A stretch of DNA of 64,000 bases, taken from the NCBI GenBank assembly GCA_016748015.1, contig JAAOMT010000512.1:294238-358237 (forward strand). Reading direction: 5' to 3'. The notes under the pieces were generated by a model. It saw only the letters and a program-made list of their open reading frames with translations, did not search any database and was not told the origin of the DNA. The DNA comes from Geosiphon pyriformis uo1 (Eukaryota; Fungi; Glomeromycota). Positions within the stretch are counted from its first letter, which is position 1, and every line of letters starts with the position of its first letter. Positions 54,863 to 64,000 of this stretch are shown here, piece by piece. A program made the position numbers and the translations under genes.

Positions 54863-57800
54863 AAAAAACTTTTTTCTCTCTTTCATCCCAAATTCCTAAA
54901 AAAGAGTCCTAAGTTTTTTTGAAAAGAAGTTTTTTACAATTCAATACAATAAATCTAAATCCTTTATTTTTGACTATAAGACCACCGTTGGCTGTAGTAT
55001 TGCTGTTATGAAGAAGACTGCTAAAGTTTCTGGTTCTAGTGATGGCTTCAGATCTGTTTTTCCAAGAAAAAAAAGAAGAAGTGGTGTTTTAGAAGATAGT
55101 TTTGGTGGTAAGGAAGTTGGTCTTGTGGTTTAGAATAGTCGCTTATGGGGTTCAAAGACTGATAACACTATTGAGTCTGATAGCATTGATATGAAGGAGG
55201 AATGTCTGGTAGAAGAAACCAGTTTTGATTATGATGAAAGTAGTGCTCTTGCTGGAGGAGATCCTAATTAAACACCTACTGGTTTGAAAGTCAAAACCAA
55301 AAAAGCATTAGGCAAGCCATTAAGTAAGATCAATTTTTCTTTAAATAATAATAAAAATGATGTTTTTTTGGACACTTCATTGGAACTCTCCTTATCTTCA
55401 AAGAATCTGATTATTACTCCTGTTTGCAAATCTTTTGCTTTGAATATTGGATTAGACAAGATGGTTGGAAAATCTTTTCAAGAAAAACTTCAAGTGATTA
55501 GGAATTTGTTTTCAAAAATCAATGGTTTTGGGGGGACCTCTACTTCTTCAAAATTTGCTGAGATCATCAGAGCGTCATTCACTTCTGAATCAAGCTTGAA
55601 ACAGGCTTCCAAAAAGGCTATGAATGCAAAAATTCTGGTAAACACCAATCTCAAAAAATCTTCTGAGTGCTCAGATCAGACTGTAGTAGTAAAAAAAATT
55701 CTAGTTGGAACATCAGCTAAGACTGTGTGTGCTGCGCTATTTGAATTTGGTGTGATTAAGTTGATCAAAATGCAATTAGTGAGATTGTGGCAAAAAGCTG
55801 TAGTCAAATTTAGTAAAATTGAACAGGCTGATTTGGTTGCAGCTTGTTGGTCTATTCTGATTGGAAAAGATGCTATGCGTGTGGCCAGGGCTGATAAAGA
55901 TAAAGAATTGTGAGATGTGAAAGATCATTATAAAGCACTGTTCTATACTTTGCCAATGAGAATGAATGCTCACAACATCTGGGATTTCATTGGCTCTGTG
56001 AATAGAAAAACATATGTAATCAATTGTCATCTTGTTATGTATGCTCAGTCCAGGTGTGCTGTTGTTTGTTTTAAATTGACTGAATTCTTGGATGCTGTCA
56101 TGGACACTACTTTGGTTTTGAGGGGCATGAATTTGCATTGGTCTCATTTAGGTTTTTCTAAATATGCTAAGTATAAGAAAATAGGTCATACATCATTGGG
56201 CTGTTCTATGGATGAGAATCTCCTCTCTGGAAGATCTTTTTATAGAGCACTTTTAGACATAGATAAAAGCAAACTGGCTACTATTTATGCCAAACATTCA
56301 GCTCTTGTTGCTCATTTTGTTGCTTTTGGTGGAGTTTCTTGGGCAAAGATTGCTGATAGATTTTTATTCCTTTCTCTCTTTGTGCATAATGATTTGGTCA
56401 ATTTTGGCTTCTCTTCAGAGATAAAGCCTACTCTACCTGTTATAATAGATATTGAAAAAAGGTTTGCTGTTTTGGAAAGCAGTCTTACCAGCCTTACAGG
56501 ACAAATTAATGAGTTGGCTGAGAGGTTGAACTTACTTGTGCCAGCAGTTTTCTAGCCTAGCTCTGGATGTTAGCTATCAGTGACCTTCCTCATCACAGGT
56601 TCAAGTGAATAATGTAGTAATGGAAGAGAGTTTGGGTGAGACCACAGGTAGTGAGACTGCTGTGAATTTGGACTCTTCTGTCTTTTCTGAGGTGAGAAGA
56701 CTAAAAAATATGCTGGAAAAACTTTCTGCTTCAGTTTTAAGTCTGACAGCAAGATTTGATAATTCAATTTTGGCTGGTGGTACACTTTCCAAATCCTTTT
56801 CTTAATGACCAGTCTAGTTTAAAAGATTGTCACATGCAATATTAAAGGATTGAACAATTCTGTAAAGCAAAACAATGCTATTTGTTGGCACAAAGACAAG
56901 AACAATTTAGTTTCTATTTTTACAGAATCGAAATTAAGAAGGAAAATTTGCTCCTGGATTGCTGACAAATTTAATGGCATTTGGGTGTTTATCTTTGGTT
57001 TGGAATCTGGTCATCTAGATGTTGGTGTTGTGGTCATCATAAACTCTTCTTTGGTAAGACATGTGTACAGAGTTTCAGAAATGTTTGGTCAGCTTTTGTC
57101 TATCAGATTGCTTTTCAAGAATAAACTTTCAGTTTCAATTTTGAGACTTTATGCTGGTGCTTTACAGGCAGTTTGCTTTTCTCAGGCTGGCAAAATCAAC
57201 TTTTTCATTGCAAAGACTGTGAACAAATCTTTTTTTGTCATTTTTGGTAGTAATTTCAATGAAAATGGTTTGTGTAAAAGTGCAAGTTTCAAAAGGTGTC
57301 TTGATCTGAGTCTTTTTAATTCTTTGGCTAGGAGCATAGTGTTAAAAAAATCTACTTGGGAAAACTCTAAAGACATCATAAAAATGATTGATTATGTGTT
57401 GGTTTCTCCGAATCTGGTCAGTGTGATAGTACATTATGACATTTTAGGAGTTGGTGAGCATTTTAACACAGATCACTAGACTGTCTCTGTGTTCATAGGT
57501 TTGGGTAGGCTTTTGAATATGCAATTAAATTCTCTTCACAAACAAGCGAATAGAGATCATTGGAAATTCAATTTTAAACATGTTGAAGAAAAAAAATGGA
57601 TTGATTTTAAGGGTGCTACATTAGCCAATGCTGTGATGCTCTCAAGTGAGTTTGCTGCTTCTGTGGAATTTTCAGATTTGAATGCTATGTAGAATGTTGT
57701 TTGTAAGATAATAATTTTCTTAGCAAATGAAACATTCAAAAAAAATTGGTTTAAGAGTTATGATAAAGTTTTCACTAAGAAATCTTCTAGATTTCATAAG

Positions 57801-59019
57801 CTGGAATTGTTGGTGTTCAAGCTGGTTAAGACTTCCCATTTGGTTTTTAGTGTGGAATTTGCATCGTTATTAAATATGTGGAGTGAACTTGACAACATTA
57901 ATGTATTAGTGGTAAAATTTTTATTTTTCTTAGGTTTCAATTTTGACACAATTTGTTTGGCTCTGGCTAAGGTAAAGAAATCTTACTGCTCTTCTAAGTT
58001 GCTGAAATCCAGGCATGTTGAGGAATCATGTATTAAAGTGGCTATTAATAAGAGAATAGAAAGTTTTGAATTGAATAAGGGTCACATTATTAGAAGTGTT
58101 TTGGAGCATCCTTTTCGCAAAATAGTATTGAATTATCTGGTTATAGATAATAAGTTGGTATTAGAGCCCAGCTTAGTTAAATCTGGAGTAAATAAAATCA
58201 TAGAAGATTGGACTAGAAAGCACAAGATGGTATTTGATATTTTGGATGATTAGACATAACAATACTGGCCTTTGAAGTATATTTGATGGTGCCTTTTTGG
58301 GTATAATATGTCTAGTTGATTTTAATGAGTTGCTAAGTGTGGTTTTTAATTTGCCTAAGACCAAGGCTGCTGGTCTTTTTGGGATTTTAAATAAGCTTTG
58401 GAAACATTGTGACAAGTTGATCTTAAATATGCTTTTGGTGCTTTTGAATTTTTGTTTGATTCATAAGTCAATACTCAGTGCTTGAAAATTAGCTTGAGTC
58501 TCAATAATTTCCAAGCTGTATGAGTGGGAAAGAGTTCTTATAAACACCTAATCTATTGCCCTTATTAAGACTGCTCATAAAATTTTTTCCAAGATTCTCT
58601 TAGATAGAATTTTATCAGCATGTAGCACTTTTGATGTTTTACATGAGGACAATTTTTCAGTTTTAAGAGGTATAACAATGCAATCTCCTATTTTTGCTAT
58701 TGGTTTGGTCATTAAAGATGCTTTGAAAAAGGATCGTGAACTCTGATTGGTTTTACAGGACATATGGAAAACTTATGACTCTGTTGGGTGGGAGCATCTT
58801 TGAAATAGTTTGGTTAGGATAAAAATGTACAACAGATTTATTAGATTTTTTGATAGTGTTTATAATGATTATATTAATAGGGTTATGACAGATTTTGGTT
58901 TGTCAGATAAGTACAGAGTACACAATGGCTTAGACCAGAGAGAGATATTTTCACCACTCCTTTAGCGCATATTTTATGATCTTCTTCTGTATGAGGTCAA
59001 AAGACAGACAAGTGGGTGT
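54863..59019 (+). mobile_element. LINE copy E: 5' leader, ORF1 (~55008-56808), ORF2 from 56805, cut within RT by the Gypsy insertion
   Basis: KSFALNIGLDKMVGKS; ATGA overlap at 56805-56808; APE GSNFNE, IDYVLV; RT LQDIWKTYDSVGW, GLDQREIFSPLL. Confidence 0.93.
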
Positions 59020-59999
59020 TGTTACCGGAGGTTTTTGGTCTCTTTTCTGTAATGTTGTTGATACTTATTTGCTGTAAATTCACGTTTTCTGGATGTGGTT
59101 GAACCTCCAATAACTGAATTTATCTTCAAATTATCTCCTATAATTTGAATTTGCTGAACTTATGTGTGGAATGGCCAATTCTGTGCCAGTTGCTTTATGT
59201 AGTTACATTGTAGTAAATGTCAACTCTTTCCCAGGAATTGCTTGTCTGGAAGCTCACTAAAAATGTGTAGTTACTTTGCTGTAAAAGTCAACTCTTCTAC
59301 AGGAATCTTGTCTGTAGGCTATCCTAATAATTGTAATAAGAAAAGAAAAGAAAAATAAAAAAAATGTAAAAAAAATAGAATTTTATCAAGGGAAACGTTT
59401 TCTATTCAGGCCTGGAGTTACTAACAGTTTATTGAAATTGGTAGCTAATCAATTTCGAAATGTTAGTTGGTTTTTGGGGATTTTCCAAGGGCAATAATTA
59501 AAGAATTTGGTTTTTCAAATTATTTGGTATTTATTTCTTTTTGTATGTGTAGAAATGGTTCTAAGTAATAAATCTAAAGTAAGATACATTTTCTCGAAGA
59601 GAGAAGCTCTTCTTTTATACAACTTGTTGTAACACTATTCTATGAACTTGAACTTTGCTATTTTCTACAATTTCACTGAACTAAAGATACATTTTGGCAA
59701 ACTACAAGTTATTTCGGCAAACTATTAGATATTTCGGTGAACTATCAATTATTTCGGCGAATTTCTACAAATTTCGGTAAACTTTTGAATGTTACATAGT
59801 TCGGAGTATTGCATGATTAATCATCGCAATTAGGTTACATTTGTGTTGTGTACAATTTGGGGTATTAATTAAATGATAATTTCGGACATTTTTGCTAATG
59901 TAATAAGTGATCATTTGAAACAATAATATATGCTAATTAATGATAGGAATTATAAGATAATTTCATGCTAAATAATATCTCTAATTTCGTCTGGTAATA
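59020..59999 (-). repeat. 3' LTR, family 1 (980 bp)
   Basis: TGTTACCGG...CTGGTAATA inverted termini. Colinear with the LTRs at 5332, 22757, 41222 and 44656. Confidence 0.95.
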
Positions 60000-60696
60000 T
60001 AACCTCCTCCTTAAGACTGAGCTCCATTGAAGTCCAAGTACTGTCTGTTATTTCCAGATAATAATCCAAAATTATTGAAGAAATTTGGTCTGAAAATTGT
60101 TGAAATTTCAGTTCTGTAAGCTTTTCAATGTATTGGATCTTCAAAGGTTGAAAAATTGGGTTTTATAGTACGTTTTCACAGGTGTGGAATAGATTATAAA
60201 GTTTAAGAGCAGCTCTAAGCCTGTAATGACTGTTTGTTGATCCAGCTATTGTCTTGAATTCGTTGTGGAGTTGTTTCTGAATAGCTTCTTTTGTGAGGTT
60301 TGCTGTTGTAAGTTCTAGTTTCCATTCATAAAGTGTTTTTCCAATGTGAAAATATCTATAGATTGGAAGATATTCAGTGTTTTTCTCATTGAGACACAGT
60401 TGAAGTTTTTGTTGAATTGTAGCATTTGGTGGAATACTAATCGGAGTGAGCATTAGGTTTTCTCTTAAAGCAAGCTTTAAAAGTTCTGGCAGGTGAATTC
60501 CAGTATAACTTCTTGTGTTCTTTTTATACAGGTAATATTTTCGTGAATTTAGGGCTAATTTTGTAACTACTTCTGTTTGGGTATAATTTATGTGGTTTCC
60601 AGTAACAGTAATGGATAATTCAGGTATTGTTTTTAAAGCTAACATTAGTTTTTGGGATAATTGTTGAATGTTTTGAGGAATAGTCGTTATAAGCAA
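59968..60696 (-). pseudogene. Extra ORF (ORF3) of unknown function between integrase and the 3' LTR, ~240 codons with one internal stop
   Basis: The 177-aa ORF 60163-60696 continues in frame past a TAA (NPIFQPLKIQYIEKLTELKF...KEEVILPDEIRDII*) through the PPT into the LTR. A homolog is present in family 2. Confidence 0.7.
60000..60012 (-). promoter_or_regulatory. Polypurine tract
   Basis: AAGGAGGAGGTTA on the minus strand directly before the 3' LTR. Confidence 0.85.
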
Positions 60697-60803
60697 TTTG
60701 AAAAATAAAAAAAATTATTTTGGTGTATGGGTTTTTATGTTATTTTTGTTTTGTTTTTGTGAGATTGTTTCTAAATTAGAAGAGAATAACTAGTAAAATT
60801 AAA

Positions 60804-63800
60804 TTAAGTGTTCAGGTTGGAAGGTTGTTCAATGACAACTATTGGTTCTAAGTTTTGAGGAATATCTTCGGGACTGACCAAAGGGGAATGTGTACCAATT
60901 TGTGGAATTAATGGTTCAGAATTGTTTCTGGAATGATAGTGTTTCAAACGATCTCCATGTGCAACTTTTGCTAAGATTTTGTCATCAAGTCTTAGCTTGT
61001 ATGATCCGTTGCCTAGGACTTCATAGATAAAGAATGGTTCATTCCATTTATTTTCAAATTTTCCACTCCATTGTTTTTCAGCTTTAGTTCTGTGTAAGAG
61101 AACTTTGTTTCCAATTTTAAATTCATTGGTGACTGAAGGCAATTTGTCATCATGCCATTCTTTTTGTTGAGCTTGGGAGTGTTCAATATGGGTGGCTGCT
61201 ATTCGTTGTTTTCCTTCCAATGTGCTAAGCAGAGTGTAGGCTTTTTGCTGAAGCGTTTCTTGGAAATTGTTTTCATCGATCAGTTGTACTGGGTATGTTT
61301 CCACTGTGAAACTAATTGGTAACGTTGCTGTCCTTCCATAAGTTAAATCAAATGGTGTGTGTTTTGTGGTATCTTGTTTTAATGTCCTATATGCTAGTAA
61401 CACTGATGGAATAAAGAGATCCCATTCTTGCTCAAAATCGGTTGAGACTTTGGCTAATGACTCACACAATGTTCTGTTAAAACATTCCACAAGTCCATTT
61501 GTTTGTGGATGGTAGGGTGAAAACAGAGGTCTTTTGACATTGAATTGTTCACAAATTTCTTGTATCAAATTGTTCACAAAGTGTGTTTCCTGATTGGATA
61601 AAAGTTCAATTGGACATCCATGTCTACAAATGATGTCTTCGTAGATGAAATTTGCTACTGATTTTGCATCTGCTCATTGAATGGCTCTGGCTTCAGGCCA
61701 TTTAGTAAGATAGTCTACAGCTACTACAATATAACAGTTTCCTTAAGTGGTAATAGATAGTGGTCCGACTAAATTGATACCAACTCTGTCAAAAGGCTGT
61801 TCAACTTTGATTGGATTTAAAAGTTCTGTAGAGCGAGTTCCTTCTCTTCTTTGACAACTATCACAAGATTCAACATATTTGTGAATGTCTTTTCTTATTT
61901 GAGGCCAATAGTAGTATTCTAGTGTTCTTTGAGTGGTGCTATCTTTTCCGAAGTGTGCTAACGAAGGATCTGAGTGCATATTATATAAAATGATCTCTTT
62001 TTCCTGTTCTTGTATTAATCTAAGTGGTTTGATTGGGTTTTTGAAATTTTGATGATAGATAATGTTGTTGTGTAGAAAATATTGTTTGGCTTGTTGTTGT
62101 AACCAATGTTTTTCGTCTAGGGACCAATCTGTTGGGATTGTTAATGTCTCCAAATATTGTTTGAGATTGTTGTAGTTTTCGGGATTCATTGTTTGTTGTT
62201 TTGATGCTGTTAATTCAAATGGGTGTTGGTTTTGTTTTCTAATCTTGCCTCATTCTTGAGAGACAATCAACGTTGGTGTGAAGTTTTCCTGGTTTGTGGT
62301 GTATGATGTATTGGTAATTAGCTAAAAATTCTGTCTATCGGGTTTGTTTTATATTCAGCTGGGTGTTTTTGTTTTAAAGCCATTTAAGTCCAATATTATC
62401 AATGATAATATCGAATTCTTTGGGTCTGAGGTAAAGAATGAAGTGATGTAGGGCCCAGATTACTGCTGTGGTTTCTAATTCTGTTGCAGGGTAGTTCTTT
62501 TTGGCTGGCTTTAATGTTCTACTAGCATAAGCAATTACTCGCTCATTTCTATTGTCATCTAACTGTGATAGGATGGCACCAAAGACAGTATAAGAGGCAT
62601 CAGTTGCTAACCGGAATCAGTTGCTGAAATCTGGGTAAGCGAGGATTGGAGCTGTTGTGAGTTTTTTCTTAAGTATCTCGAAGACATTTTGGTGTTCTTC
62701 TGTCCATTTGTATTCGACATTTTTTGTAGTGAGCTGGTTGAAGAGTTTTGCAATTTTTGAGAATTCTTTGATGAATTTTCGGTAATAGAATGCTAATCCA
62801 ATAAATCCTCTTAATTCTGTGGTATTTCATGGAGTCTTGAAGTTTTTGACAGTACTGATTTTTCCAGGGTCTGGTTTAATTCCATCTTTGCTAACAATGT
62901 GACCAAGAAAAGCTAAACTTGTTTTTTCAAAGTAGCATTTTTCAATGTTTAGTTTCAATTCTGCTTTCTGTAATTGTTGAAAAACTTCTCGCAAGTGAAT
63001 TAAATGTAGCTTGAAAGATGATGAATAAACATCAGTGTCATCAAGATAAACTACTACTGATTTCCAAAAGAGGCCTTTGTAAACAACATCCATGAGTTTT
63101 TGGAATGTTGCTGGTGCATTGCATAATCCAAAAAGCATTACATTGAACTCGTAATTTCCTCCTTAAGTGGTGAATGCTGTTTTGGGGTGGTCTTTGGGAT
63201 CCATAGCAACTTGCCAGTATCCACTCTTTAAATCTAATGTTGAAAAGTATTTGGACTTTCCAAGGGCATCCAACATGTCATCAATTTAGGGAAGAGGGTA
63301 GGCATCCCCAATGGTGACGCTGTTGAGTTGTCGGTAATCAACACAAAATCGTATCTTTCTATTTTTCTTTTTAACTAGGACCACAGGTGAGGCCCATAGG
63401 CTCATTGATGGTTGAATAAGCCCATTGTTAAGCATCCATTGTACTTCTTCTCGGATAAATTGGTGACTTTCTGGAGTGACTCGGTAGGCTTGTTGTCGCC
63501 TTGGTTTGACATCTTCTGTATAGATTTGGTGTTGAACCAAATCAGTTCTTCCTAAGTCATTGTTGTTTTCAGCGAAGATGTCGGCAAATTCTGCAATTAG
63601 CTCTTTGAGTTGGGTCTGTTGTTGTGGTTCAAGTTGTCCCATGTTGATTCAAGATAGTTTTTCCATGACAACATAGTAGTTTTCAGAGCTAGGGTTTGGG
63701 TTGATTTTTGGTAGTAAATGTCCAATAATTTCAGAGAAATTGGGGACTGTTTGGGGTAATTCTTGTTGAAATATATTACTGTGAATAACTCCAATTTCTA

Positions 63801-64000
63801 AATTATTTAATAAAATTATGGGGTAATTATTGGAGTTGTAAAAAGTAACTCGGACTTTCTTTGTTCCTTCTGGAATATAAATGTTTGGGATCAAAATATT
63901 ATGTTCCAAGCAAACTTGTTCATTGGACTCAAAAATTTGTTGTGTGGTTGTTGGCTTTGTGCAAGTGTAGATTTCCGGATGTTCTCCAAAGGGTGAGATA
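60804..64000 (-). pseudogene. Gypsy pol pseudogene: RT (YLDD ~63040), RNase H, integrase (HHCC, DDE, GPF/Y-type C-terminus, no chromodomain)
   Basis: [71 protein letters not shown]. Scattered stops. Confidence 0.95.

Larger units (their letters stand above)
59020..64000 (-). mobile_element. Least-decayed Ty3/Gypsy family 1 element (3' part; continues beyond the window)
   Basis: 3' LTR, PPT, extra ORF, integrase, RNase H and RT in Gypsy (RT-RH-IN) order. Confidence 0.96.

Overview
Eukaryotic genomic DNA, most likely from a Glomeromycotina fungus. The repeat families resemble those I associate with Geosiphon-type assemblies; this is inference and needs BLAST. About 90% of the window is nested, decayed retrotransposon. 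There are six copies of a ~6.8-kb LINE (ORF1 RRM-RRM-CCHC-coiled coil; ORF2 APE-RT-RNase H-CCHC) from three ORF1 subfamilies. There are also three families of non-chromodomain Ty3/Gypsy LTR elements, with solo and recombinant LTRs, 4-bp TSDs, a dUTPase and an extra ORF between integrase and the PPT. The only intact host genes sit in a CpG-rich island at ~27.8-33.3 kb: a PSH1-like RING E3 ligase with a GC-AG intron, and a taxilin-family coiled-coil gene. Most notable observations: (1) a conserved unexplained ORF in the env position, shared by divergent Gypsy families; (2) graded G:C->A:T hypermutation of repeats in which surviving CpGs are almost all TCGA; (3) LINEs that are nearly all 5'-complete, start with a conserved, apparently covarying 5' hairpin, and join ORF1/ORF2 through an AUGA stop-start overlap. 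All coordinates and counts were read by eye.
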